Source: Nitrospirota bacterium (GTDB taxonomy: Bacteria; JACPQY01). From it: DNA of 64,000 nt. Position 1 is the first letter of the stretch. Every line of letters starts with the position of its first letter. Below are positions 48,078 through 57,449 of the stretch, in pieces. The position numbers were made by a program, and so were the translations under genes. The notes beneath the pieces were generated by a model that saw only the letters and a list, made by a program, of their open reading frames with translations, did no database searches and was not told the DNA's origin. The DNA lies in NCBI GenBank assembly GCA_016180645.1, contig JACPAV010000003.1:1-64000 (forward strand), written 5' to 3'.

Positions 48078-49651
48078 CAGCCCCCCTTGCCGTTCGCGTC
48101 TCCCATGTTGGCCTCCGCGAACCCGTAGGCCGACTGGAGGAGGCCGCGGCCCTCGATCAGGCCCTGTCTATACGAGGCAATTCGGTCCGCCGCCGCCCCC
48201 GGAAGGACGGGAGCGTCCTCCAGCAGCTCGTGAAGGCGGGTGAACTGAGCGTCGCTCAGCTTCTTCCGCGGATTGAACTGGAGCCCGAGGGCGAACCCCT
48301 TGAGCTCGGAGTAGGCCTTGGCGTGGTCCTCGAACTTGTAGTCCGCCGTTCCGAACTTGGCCATGATCTGAAGAACCTCGTTGATGTAATGCAGAACGGT
48401 GGCCGAAAACGCCTTCTCCCAAGCAAGGACGGCCTGGTCGCGCAGTTCCTTCACGCGCGCCATTTCATCTGGAAGCAGCTCGCGCCCCGCCGCGGCCCCT
48501 GCAATCGCCCGCATTTCCAGGAAGGCCGTCATCGTCTCCTGCGTGATATTGGTCTTCGCCGCGGCATGGCTCCCTCGGTCGCGCTTCGCCGCGTTGGCCG
48601 ACCCCGCGAAATTGTATTCGCTTTTGAAGTCGATACTGCCGTCACCGTCGGTGTCGTAGCTCCCCTTCTTGTAGCCGTCGCGCCCGCCCGCGGCCGCGAT
48701 TTCATCGTCGGTGTAGTCCAGGTAGTCGCGCGCCGCCCCGAAGTACCCGAGGGCCTCGTCGATGGCGTGTTCGAGCGTCGAATACGCCGCTCCTTCGGCG
48801 TCCGGCTTGGCATTCGAGGACTTCAATCCCTTGTTGTCCACGTCGTCGTCGAGGTAGTCGTCCGTTCCCTGCGAATACGTCACGGCCGTCACCAGGCACT
48901 TCTGGATCAGCTCCGCCAGGTCGAGGCCGGAGGCCGTCACGTGGACGGGCAACGGCTTGTCCGTCTTCGGGACCCCGTTCCCATCCACTCCATACCGCTT
49001 CTCACCGTTCCTGCGGCCCAGGACGTTGGCCTCCAGCGTCTCGAAAAGCGCCGTGATCAGTTGCTCCGGAGTCGACACCCCTCCTCCGTGGTCGGCGATG
49101 GTCGTGGATTTCCAGCCCGCAAACGCACCTCCCTTCCAGTTCTTGTAATCGGTCGAGGCGTCGTTCCCGGCCGTCTTGCCCACAAGGTCCGCGCTGCCGA
49201 GATCCTTGTAGACCTTCTGCTTCGATGCGGGGTCGGTCTTGAGCGCGATCGGCAAATCGCCGCTCGTGTCGCTCTTGAACCGGTAGTAGAAGTCCAGGGC
49301 TTTGACCACGTCTCCTTCGGCCGCGGCGTTGAAGTCGCCCGCATCCACTTTCGTCGAAAGCCCCTTGGCGTAACTTTTCAGATCCTCGATGAGCACCTGC
49401 CTCATCGTCTGGCCCGAGTAGCTCACGGAACTCTCGCCGGGCTTGAACTTGCTCTCGAAGGCATACCGCGTCGGCGCCTGAACGGAACCCAGCACCGAGG
49501 TGGCGCTCGACGAGCCTTGGCCCGAGGACGTCGCGTCCGACACCGACGTCCCCGGAGCGGAGGCCGAACCATCATCATCCGAGCAAGCGGACACAAGCAG
49601 GCAGGACAAGAAGCCCCAGAGCGCCACACCAAACCCAAATCCCTTTTTCAT
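48074..49651 (-). CDS. DUF4856-like lipoprotein (imelysin-like)
   Basis: Lipobox LVSA-C; SSVSYSGQ..RQ, EHAIDEALGYFGA, ANAAKRD, SELKGFALGLQFNP; AGGAG RBS. Confidence 0.75.
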   Translation of the reverse strand: MKKGFGFGVALWGFLSCLLVSACSDDDGSASAPGTSVSDATSSGQGSSSATSVLGSVQAPTRYAFESKFKPGESSVSYSGQTMRQVLIEDLKSYAKGLSTKVDAGDFNAAAEGDVVKALDFYYRFKSDTSGDLPIALKTDPASKQKVYKDLGSADLVGKTAGNDASTDYKNWKGGAFAGWKSTTIADHGGGVSTPEQLITALFETLEANVLGRRNGEKRYGVDGNGVPKTDKPLPVHVTASGLDLAELIQKCLVTAVTYSQGTDDYLDDDVDNKGLKSSNAKPDAEGAAYSTLEHAIDEALGYFGAARDYLDYTDDEIAAAGGRDGYKKGSYDTDGDGSIDFKSEYNFAGSANAAKRDRGSHAAAKTNITQETMTAFLEMRAIAGAAAGRELLPDEMARVKELRDQAVLAWEKAFSATVLHYINEVLQIMAKFGTADYKFEDHAKAYSELKGFALGLQFNPRKKLSDAQFTRLHELLEDAPVLPGAAADRIASYRQGLIEGRGLLQSAYGFAEANMGDANGKGGW

Positions 49652-49676
49652 TCCGATTCTCCTTTCGATAATCAAT

Positions 49677-50453
49677 CTATAAATAGGCGCGTCGGAGCCA
49701 TCGTTCCCGAACGGTCGCCACCATCAGCCACGCCACGGGCGCCAGAACGAGGGCATACGTGAGCCACTGTCCGTATCGCCCTTCGGGACCAAAAGGCTCG
49801 GTCGCCCAGTGCAGGCGATCGTTGAGCGATTTGTTCAAGGGCAGAACGGAGGCTTCCGTCAGTTCGTGGAACCCGTAGATCAGGAGCTGAACCAGGAAGA
49901 TGAGGAGGAAAAGGCTCGTGACTTGGAAGAACTGCGCGAGGTTGACTCGATGGCCGTAGCGCCCCCAGGCCCACGCCATCGCGCCGGCGGCGGCCAAGCC
50001 GATGAGTGCCCCGGCCAGCACGTCCCTCGCCGAGGAGCCGAACAACACGCTGTTCAACAGGATCGCCGTCTCCATGCCCTCGCGCGTGACCATGAGGACC
50101 GTGAAGAGGAACACGCCGGTCAACGCGCCGAGGCTGCCCTTCTCGGAGGCCGAATCGAGACTTGATTCCACCCGCTTCTTCAACGTCCGCGCGGCAAACC
50201 ACATATGAACCGTGAGCGTGCCGACGAGACCGGCCGCCGCCACCGCCAGGATCCCTTCCCAGAGCGGCTGATTCATCGCCCGGTCGAGCAGAAGCCCGGC
50301 GCCCGCGCTCGCAAGCACCGAAGCCATCACGCCCCACCCGACGGCCCGGACCAGCGCCTTCCGGCCCGTCTTTCTGAGGTACGCCACGCTGATCGCCACG
50401 ATCAGGAACGCCTCCATCCCTTCCCTTAGCGTGATGACGGTCGCCTCGAACAC
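49677..50453 (-). CDS. FTR1/EfeU-family iron permease
   Basis: Two REGME motifs, about 7 TMs; GGAGG RBS with GTG start. Confidence 0.9.
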   Translation of the reverse strand: MFEATVITLREGMEAFLIVAISVAYLRKTGRKALVRAVGWGVMASVLASAGAGLLLDRAMNQPLWEGILAVAAAGLVGTLTVHMWFAARTLKKRVESSLDSASEKGSLGALTGVFLFTVLMVTREGMETAILLNSVLFGSSARDVLAGALIGLAAAGAMAWAWGRYGHRVNLAQFFQVTSLFLLIFLVQLLIYGFHELTEASVLPLNKSLNDRLHWATEPFGPEGRYGQWLTYALVLAPVAWLMVATVRERWLRRAYL

Positions 50454-50496
50454 GAGACCTCCCTCCGGGCGCTCCGCCCTCGTTCATCCTCTCTGT

Positions 50497-50544
50497 TGAG
50501 ATTCGTTATCATGACCGTCTTAGTGCACATGATACGCATTATCA
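50497..50544. promoter_or_regulatory. Two Fur boxes upstream of the FTR1 gene
   Basis: TGAGATT-C-GTTATCA (50497-50511) and TGATACG-C-ATTATCA (50530-50544). Confidence 0.7.
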
Positions 50545-50613
50545 CCTACCGGTCCTTGACGACGGTCAACTTTCCTGAACGCACCGCCCCCCCCGTCCCT
50601 CCGAAACCAAGTC

Positions 50614-50856
50614 TCACTGAAAAGAACTCCCCGTTGATCCAGCGCCGCCTTCCGCCTGACCGAACCACATCCGGGCCAAGGCGTCCGAGGCCAAACCCAT
50701 GAATCGGACGAACTCCTCCGGCTGGAGGTGCACGGCCGCCACGCCAAACGACAGGCAAACGCAGCCGTTGGGGCAACCGCGGATCGCCATGGGCAGGCCT
50801 TCGTCTTCTCCATTCTCCCCGCCGACCGGGCCGATGCTGCCGCCCAGACCCTTCAT
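50614..50856 (-). CDS. Small hypothetical Cys-containing protein, first gene of the iron island
   Basis: AGGAGG RBS, ATG 50856, CPNGCVC...VHL motif; lies directly behind the Fur-boxed promoter. Confidence 0.6.
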   Translation of the reverse strand: MKGLGGSIGPVGGENGEDEGLPMAIRGCPNGCVCLSFGVAAVHLQPEEFVRFMGLASDALARMWFGQAEGGAGSTGSSFQ

Positions 50857-50878
50857 CGCGAACCTCCTCCCCTTGTAG

Positions 50879-50938
50879 TGATACTGATTCTCATATTCAT
50901 GTAATTGCAAATGATACTCATTATCAGTAAGTTGTCAA
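50879..50938 (-). promoter_or_regulatory. Sigma70 promoter overlapped by Fur boxes
   Basis: Minus strand TTGACA-N16-TATCAT. GCAAATGATACTCATTATC (50907-50925) matches the Fur consensus at 16/19; second box TGATACTGATTCTCA at 50879-50893. Confidence 0.85.
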
Positions 50939-51031
50939 GGACAAAATGCCGGCTCCCCGGGAAGATTGACATCACGGGCTCAAGTCACTAAAATATGGGC
51001 CGTTTTGGAACACGGACACCGGTTCAAAGGA

Positions 51032-52747
51032 ATGAACGCGCGATTCGCCCTGTGGGCTTGCCTCTACCTGGGCCTGATCCTCGGCTCGTCCACCGCGTCC
51101 GCCGTCCCCGCCCCGCCGGATCCCTCCCCGCGAATCCAGGATGCGGATGAACACCTCCGACAGGCCGCGGCCATCTACGGCCAACTGCTCGATAGCGGAC
51201 TCCTGCCCGCGGACAAGCGGACGCTCCTCAAATCCCTCCTCGAATCCCAGCCTCCTGAAACGGTCAACCTTTACTACTTGGGCTTGCTCCATCGGGCCGA
51301 AGGCCGCTGGTCCGAGGCCCTCGCCTACTTCCAACGAGCGGCCCGGGCCATGCCCGAATTCGGCGAGAATCGTTTCGCGCAGAAGGGAGTGCGGTTCGAG
51401 CAAGAAGGGCGCGAGAACGAGGCGATTCTGGAATACTCCACGGCGCTCAAACTCAATCCCCAGCTCGACAGCCTCCGTCTCCGACTCGCGCAGCTCCTCA
51501 TCGGAGAGAGGGACTTCGAGGCCGCTGAACGGCATCTCCAGCCCCTTCTCGATCATAAATCCCTCCGGGCACAGGCCCTGACTCTGTCCGGCCAGATCGC
51601 GCTCGAGAAGGGACAACTCGATCGCGCCGTCCAAGCCCTTGAATCCGCCCTCCGTGAGGACTCGGGGATCTCCCCGGCCCGTTTGCTCCTCGCGCGTGCC
51701 TACCGTTCGCAGGGACTCCACGAGAAAGCACTCGAGCAGTACGATCAGGTGCTTCCCCTGTTCCCATCCGACGAAGCCCTGCGCAAGGAAGCCTCGGAGA
51801 CCAAAGGTCTGGTGGGGCGAATCCGGGAGGAACGGGAAAAACTTCACTACCCCAACGCCTTGGTCGACGTCGGCGGGAGCGCTCCCTACGCCCTCCTCGT
51901 CGAGAAATCCACCCAGCGCGTCTACCTCTACAAGCAGAACCTGGGCGGCAACATGGAGCGCATCGCCACCTACGATACGACTACGGGCAAGACCTCCGGA
52001 GACAAGATTTCCCGCGGAGACCAGCGAACACCCGAGGGCGTCTATTTCCTCACCGCCCGCATCCCACGGCAACGGCTCGAGCCGCGGTTCGGAGCCATGG
52101 CGTTCCCCATGAACTACCCGAACGAGATCGACCAGTGGCTTGGAAAATCGGGCGGTGGCATCTGGCTTCACGGTGTGGATCCGAAGGATGAAAGCCGGCC
52201 CCCTTTCAATTCGCGCGGATGCGTGGTGGTGAAGAACGAGACTCTGAATGCGCTCTCGAATTTCATCACCGTGAATCTGACGCCCATTGCCGTGGTCGAA
52301 AAGGCCACCTACGCGGGCCGCGACAAGACCTTGAAGGACCGGGAGCTTCTCCGTCGAACCCTGCAAGGCTGGTCGCAAAGCTGGGAGAAAAGCGACCTCC
52401 CATCGTACATCCGCTACTACTCCGATCGCTTCAGGGGACAAGGCCGCAACAAGGCCGCCTGGAAGGACTACAAGTCGCGCGTATTCGCCTCCAAGGAAGG
52501 CGTCAGCATCCGCCTCGAGGAACTGAAACTCCTGCGGTATGACAGGACAACGCCCTTCGGCGAAGAGGTGGTCGTGGCGCAGTACATCCAGCACTACCGA
52601 TCCAAGGGACTCAATGACACGGGCCTCAAACGGCTGTACCTGGTTCGTGAAGGCTCGGACTACAAGATCCTCACCGAAACCTGGTTGCCCTTCCGGCCCG
52701 TCGAACCCTTCCCCCTCGTGGGAGCGGGACTCGTCGAGCCGGAATGA
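51032..52747 (+). CDS. TPR + YkuD L,D-transpeptidase/carboxypeptidase + NTF2-like protein (Csd6/Pgp2-like)
   Basis: TPR repeats; GDQRTPEGVY, YPN, GIWLHG, SRGCV (His/Cys catalytic pair); C-terminal W...WE...YIRYYS...K.LYL domain. Confidence 0.85.
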   Translation: MNARFALWACLYLGLILGSSTASAVPAPPDPSPRIQDADEHLRQAAAIYGQLLDSGLLPADKRTLLKSLLESQPPETVNLYYLGLLHRAEGRWSEALAYFQRAARAMPEFGENRFAQKGVRFEQEGRENEAILEYSTALKLNPQLDSLRLRLAQLLIGERDFEAAERHLQPLLDHKSLRAQALTLSGQIALEKGQLDRAVQALESALREDSGISPARLLLARAYRSQGLHEKALEQYDQVLPLFPSDEALRKEASETKGLVGRIREEREKLHYPNALVDVGGSAPYALLVEKSTQRVYLYKQNLGGNMERIATYDTTTGKTSGDKISRGDQRTPEGVYFLTARIPRQRLEPRFGAMAFPMNYPNEIDQWLGKSGGGIWLHGVDPKDESRPPFNSRGCVVVKNETLNALSNFITVNLTPIAVVEKATYAGRDKTLKDRELLRRTLQGWSQSWEKSDLPSYIRYYSDRFRGQGRNKAAWKDYKSRVFASKEGVSIRLEELKLLRYDRTTPFGEEVVVAQYIQHYRSKGLNDTGLKRLYLVREGSDYKILTETWLPFRPVEPFPLVGAGLVEPE

Positions 52748-54495
52748 TTTCGCTCGCGCTCCTCCTCGCCCTGATCGCCGGGATCCTCATGCCGGCGGCT
52801 GCCGGCGCCCACACCGAACGATTCACCTACTTTGAGAACACGGACTACGCCCTCGAAGTTTTCAAGATTTACGGCCGCGAGCCCGGCGCCACCATACTCA
52901 TCATCGGCGGCATTCAGGGGGACGAACCCACGGGATACCTCACCGCCGATCTGTACGCCGATCAGAGCATGAAGCGCGGCAATCTGATCGTCGTCCCACG
53001 AGCCAACTTCCACACCATCATCCGCAACACCCGCGCGATCAACGCGGACATGAATCGGCAGTTCAACAAGACCAAGCGCGAGGAGATTTACGAGGAACAG
53101 GTGGTGCAGGTGTTGCAGGAACTCATGAGGGAAAGCCAACTCCTCCTCAATCTCCACGACGGGTCCGGTTTCTTCTCGCCGGAGTCACGCGACGACCAGG
53201 TGAACCCCAAGCGCTGGGGCCAGAGCCTCATCATCGACTACGAGCATTTCGAGACGGAAGGCAAGAAGATCGTCCCGTTGAGAGACATCGCCGAGGGAGT
53301 GGTGGAACGGGTCAATGCCGAGATCTCCACACCGCAGCACCATTTCCACGTGAAGAACACCCGCACCGCCGATCCGGACTCACCCCATCCCGAGCAGCGC
53401 CTCTCGGCCACGTTTTACGCCGTGACGAATGCGGGCATCCCCGCGTTTGGCGTGGAAACCAGCAAGAGCATCAACCCCTATTCGCTCCGGATGAGATACC
53501 AGTCGATGGTGATCAATGAGTTTCTCAAGACGTTCAACGCCGAGCTGGACCTCCCACCGGTCCGGTTCGATCCCCCCCAACTCGAGTTTCTGGTCCTGAG
53601 CATCAACCGAGAGCGGCCGATCATCGTTAAGGACCGGGAGACGATCCGCCTGGCCGAGGGCGATCGGATCGAAGTCGAGCACATCCAATCGAACTATCGG
53701 CGCGGTTTGTCCGTGGACGTGGCCGGCGTCGGTGGCGACAGCGACCTCCACCGTCCCCTCACGATCAACAAGGAAACCACGATCCTCGTCCGAAAAGACA
53801 GCCTGAAATGCGGGGAGATCCACATTGAAACGGAGCGCCGCGCTCCGGCATCGGCGGCCGGCCCGGTCCTCCGTGTGCGCCGGAATCAACAGGAAGTCGC
53901 CCTCCGCCCGAGCGATGTCCTCGACGCCGCCGTAGGGGATGAAGTGACGCTGCTGTCGATTGAGACGGGCTCAGCCGGATCGTCGCCCGTGAAACTGAAT
54001 CTCGTCGGTTTCATTCCCCACGACCAGCGGCGGGACAACCGCGGGCACGACTTATCGTACCCGGTCGACACCGCCAAGGATCTCTTGCCGGCGTGGTCCG
54101 TGGACAAGAGAGGCGACCTTTATCGGATCACGGCCACACAGTCCTCGAAGGAGATCGGGCAGTGGTTCTTGCGGCTCAGCCGTCCCCAGGTCCGGTATCT
54201 CCTGGTGGAAATCAACGGGACGCGAACGTGGTTCACACCGGACGAATCGATCCGGCTGCACGACCCGGATGAAATCAAGATTATCGACGTGGAAAGCAAC
54301 CTGCCGAATTCGGATGGGCTGACGGTGAATTTCCGGGGCTACAGGAATCCCCTGGGATCCGATGACCGCGGCGTCCCGATCCGGCGCGATCAGCTTCTTC
54401 CCGAATTCTCGACCGGCGCGCAAGGCCGCGAATACCGGATACTCATTTCCAACCGCCAACTCCTCATCGCGGAGCTGCGGGTCGACTATCCCTGA
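52744..54495 (+). CDS. M14/M99 D,L-carboxypeptidase (Csd4/Pgp1-like)
   Basis: GGIQGDEP (Gln as metal ligand), DMNRQF, LNLHDGSGF, WGQSLIID, FGVETSK. Confidence 0.85.
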   Translation: MISLALLLALIAGILMPAAAGAHTERFTYFENTDYALEVFKIYGREPGATILIIGGIQGDEPTGYLTADLYADQSMKRGNLIVVPRANFHTIIRNTRAINADMNRQFNKTKREEIYEEQVVQVLQELMRESQLLLNLHDGSGFFSPESRDDQVNPKRWGQSLIIDYEHFETEGKKIVPLRDIAEGVVERVNAEISTPQHHFHVKNTRTADPDSPHPEQRLSATFYAVTNAGIPAFGVETSKSINPYSLRMRYQSMVINEFLKTFNAELDLPPVRFDPPQLEFLVLSINRERPIIVKDRETIRLAEGDRIEVEHIQSNYRRGLSVDVAGVGGDSDLHRPLTINKETTILVRKDSLKCGEIHIETERRAPASAAGPVLRVRRNQQEVALRPSDVLDAAVGDEVTLLSIETGSAGSSPVKLNLVGFIPHDQRRDNRGHDLSYPVDTAKDLLPAWSVDKRGDLYRITATQSSKEIGQWFLRLSRPQVRYLLVEINGTRTWFTPDESIRLHDPDEIKIIDVESNLPNSDGLTVNFRGYRNPLGSDDRGVPIRRDQLLPEFSTGAQGREYRILISNRQLLIAELRVDYP

Positions 54496-55520
54496 CCCGC
54501 CGCGGATTCCACTCCAGGCCGGCTTCCTTGAGAAGGGAGCCGGCGGCGTCTCAGGAGGACATCGGTCAGCCAAATGAGACCGCTGCCCAAGCCGTTGGCT
54601 CCGAAGTACGTGATCCCGTGGAAGGCTGTGATGAACGCAAGCGCTTCCACACGATCCACCCCGTACACGTGAACGAGAAACGCCGTGCCGATCACGTGGT
54701 AGCCCCCGGCCGAGGCCGGAGTGGGGACTAGCGTGCTCAGGCCCGAAACGGCGAAGATGAGAAACGCGCCACGAGCTCCGATCCGCTCCAGCAGGCCGAA
54801 GGCATCGAGGCCCAGGGTAAACGTGGCCATGTAGAGGCCCCACAGGGGAATCGTCCAGAGCGTCGTTATGACCCAGCTCCGGGCGGAACGCATGAAACTC
54901 AGTCCGTCCGTAAACGAGTGGAGCAGGGAGAAAAGCCGACGGCGCCAGCCGGCAGGATGTTTTTCCGCCGCACCGGCCAGGGCTTTCATCAACCTCTCTG
55001 AGCGAATCGCGGTGATCAGACCGAGCATGACTCCAAACCCCGCGAAGGCCACCCAGCGCCCGTAAACAAGCCAGTGACCGAGGTAATCCAACGGCCCTTC
55101 CGGCATGATGACCAGAGCCACCATGATGACCAGGCCCAACACCACGACATCCAAAAGTCGCTCCGCGCCGATGGTCGCCGTGGCCGTGGCCAGCGGTATT
55201 TTCTGAGTCCGATTCAGGTAGAGCAGCCGTACGATCTCCCCCCCTCTCGGGAGCACGTTGTTCACCGCGTACCCGGCGCAGACCGCGGCGAACGAAGAGA
55301 AACGGCTCACGGGACGGCGGACCATGACAATCCAGCGCGCTCCACGAACGTAGTTGCTCACCAGAAGGGCGAGACACGCCAGCAGGAGTTCGATCTTGTT
55401 GGCCCGTTCGAGAAGAGGCGGGATCTGGCGCAGAGCTTCCACGCCTTTTCCTCGAAAAGCCCAATAGAGGAGTCCCGCGGTGAGCAGCAGCCCGATCAGG
55501 GTCTGGAGCACGCGTTTCAC
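54486..55520 (-). CDS. Lysylphosphatidylglycerol synthase TM / flippase-like membrane protein (UPF0104)
   Basis: R.ARW, NNVLPRGGEIVR, ERLLD, PTPASAGGYH; multiple TMs. Confidence 0.85.
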   Translation of the reverse strand: MKRVLQTLIGLLLTAGLLYWAFRGKGVEALRQIPPLLERANKIELLLACLALLVSNYVRGARWIVMVRRPVSRFSSFAAVCAGYAVNNVLPRGGEIVRLLYLNRTQKIPLATATATIGAERLLDVVVLGLVIMVALVIMPEGPLDYLGHWLVYGRWVAFAGFGVMLGLITAIRSERLMKALAGAAEKHPAGWRRRLFSLLHSFTDGLSFMRSARSWVITTLWTIPLWGLYMATFTLGLDAFGLLERIGARGAFLIFAVSGLSTLVPTPASAGGYHVIGTAFLVHVYGVDRVEALAFITAFHGITYFGANGLGSGLIWLTDVLLRRRRLPSQGSRPGVESAAGQG

Positions 55521-55524
55521 AATG

Positions 55525-57012
55525 TCAATCCTCCTCCAGAAGGACGGCAGGCTTGGGCCGTTCCACTTCGGGACTCCACGACATCAGATCGGCCCGTCCA
55601 TCCAGGATCTCAAGATAAGTAAACTGAATCCGTTCCCGGGGTTCGATACGAAACGCCGTGAAGGTGGTGATCCACGTTCCCGTATTGAAATGCCAGCCGG
55701 ACGCCTCCGGGATCGGGCAGATGTCCTCACTGTGCGTATGTCCGAACACGACGAAGCGGACTCCCGCGAGTCTCGCAATTTCGGCCGCAGCCTGGCGATA
55801 AGGGGACTTCGGTTCGCGCTTCATGGTCCGGTAGAGCCAAAAGACCAGACCGGACAGCAGCAGGGTCACCAACAGAATGTTCGTGAGCACAAACAGGGAC
55901 GATCGAGCCCATCCACTTTCAAGATTGGACCATAGGACGGACTGCGCCAGAAACCACAGCCAGAGAGTCAGCGCCGTCCCTCCCAGCGCGGAAGCCAGGC
56001 CCAGTACAACGCGTTTGAAAATCCGCTCGACGATGAGGGAAACGTGCCCGCCCGGCTCTTTCATGGATTCGATGCGTTCCAGGTTCGCGCCCAGACCCGA
56101 CTCCTCCGCCAGATTCTTCAGTTCCCCCCGATGCCGCTCGGCCACCCGTTTCTCCCAATCCTGGTGACCCTGCACACACGGCTTGGCCATCTTGAAAAAG
56201 AGCGGGCCGTACCAGAACGCCGCGCGCAGAATCGCCGAAGGGCGATTGACCAGCAGCCACAAGAAGTATTGCGCATTCGACCTCCGTCCCGGAACGACGA
56301 AGGTGACCTGACCAAACCGGTTGTAGAGGTATCTTTGGAAATAGGAGCCGAAGGGCAGGTCGATTTCGTCCGGGTAGCATCCGCACGGGGTCGAGGGGAG
56401 CTCCGGCTTGATGAGGTAGTCGAAGGCGTTATACGTATCATACTGGTGGCCGTGTTCCACCCAAAGCAAACCCGGCACGTGAAAGAACCAGGAACGGAAG
56501 CAAAGGCGATTCAGAGCATCGCTGTTCGCGCCAAGGTGAAAACTCACGGCCCCGCGGATCTTGTTTCTCAGCGGCTCAATCTGAAGCTCGTGATCATGAT
56601 TGCCCGGGAGAATGATGACCTGTTGGCCCGCGTCGAGCAGTTCGGCAAGCCCTTTGAAAAATACCGCGTGACCCCGCACCACGGCGTCCATTTTCGCCTC
56701 AAGCTCCTCAAGGACCGTCGCATACCCCAACCGGGATACTCCTCCCCTGGCGCCTTTCAACCGGAACCGCTCGCGGTGCTGCTCATCCACCCGGTCGATC
56801 CGAAGAAGGTCCACGAAGTCGCCGTTGATGATCAGCTTCACCGTTCGCTTTCGTTCGCGCGCCTTCCGGATGAGGAACCGGCAGAAGAGAAGAAACTCCT
56901 GGTCAAAGAAAAAGTTTTCAAGATGGAAGTATCTTCCGCTGGAAGGGTTCCGGCCCGGTCCGAGGTGAAGATCGCTGACAATGATGTAATCTTCGGCGGA
57001 ATCCGGTTTCAT
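55525..57012 (-). CDS. Calcineurin-like metallophosphoesterase with an internal TM hairpin
   Basis: SDLH, GDFVD, GNHD, EHGH, FGHTH; two TM helices before the last motif. Confidence 0.82.
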   Translation of the reverse strand: MKPDSAEDYIIVSDLHLGPGRNPSSGRYFHLENFFFDQEFLLFCRFLIRKARERKRTVKLIINGDFVDLLRIDRVDEQHRERFRLKGARGGVSRLGYATVLEELEAKMDAVVRGHAVFFKGLAELLDAGQQVIILPGNHDHELQIEPLRNKIRGAVSFHLGANSDALNRLCFRSWFFHVPGLLWVEHGHQYDTYNAFDYLIKPELPSTPCGCYPDEIDLPFGSYFQRYLYNRFGQVTFVVPGRRSNAQYFLWLLVNRPSAILRAAFWYGPLFFKMAKPCVQGHQDWEKRVAERHRGELKNLAEESGLGANLERIESMKEPGGHVSLIVERIFKRVVLGLASALGGTALTLWLWFLAQSVLWSNLESGWARSSLFVLTNILLVTLLLSGLVFWLYRTMKREPKSPYRQAAAEIARLAGVRFVVFGHTHSEDICPIPEASGWHFNTGTWITTFTAFRIEPRERIQFTYLEILDGRADLMSWSPEVERPKPAVLLEED

Positions 57013-57150
57013 GGCACCCCATGGTAGCACACAGGGGAAGGGCCAACAGCAACATCCGAGAGCGTTCCTGTTCCCGTTTCAAGAAGATCGGGGGCGTCTC
57101 ACTCAACCCTTGACAAATTCCCACTGGCTGCGGTAGCGTGGCGGGCGTTA

Positions 57151-57364
57151 CGGTGCGAGTCTCCCGCGCGAACGTGCGGGAGTGAAAAAAGGGAACTCCG
57201 TTGAATGCGGAGGCGGTCCCGCCGCTGTAACCCCGCCCCTTGCCGAAAGGCAAGGGACAAACGCTTGGTCGCTCCGCCGAAAGGCGAAGCCAAAGCCACT
57301 GGCCGGAAATCGGTTCGGGAAGGCACGACCAAGCGGCGGGGGAGCCAGAAAACCTGCTCGCACC
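57151..57364 (+). ncRNA. Cobalamin riboswitch
   Basis: AAAAGGGAA, GCGGTCCCGCCGCTGTAA, GCCACTG...GGGAAG and the B12 box GAGCCAGAAAACCTGC; P1 arms GGTGCGAG/CTCGCACC; upstream of a btuB-like gene. Confidence 0.93.
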
Positions 57365-57449
57365 AAGGCCCGGACTTTGCCGGGTTACGACCCGAAGAAC
57401 GGGTCGAGAACGGGAAAAACGCCGCGATCCTCGCGGAAAGGGATAAGGC

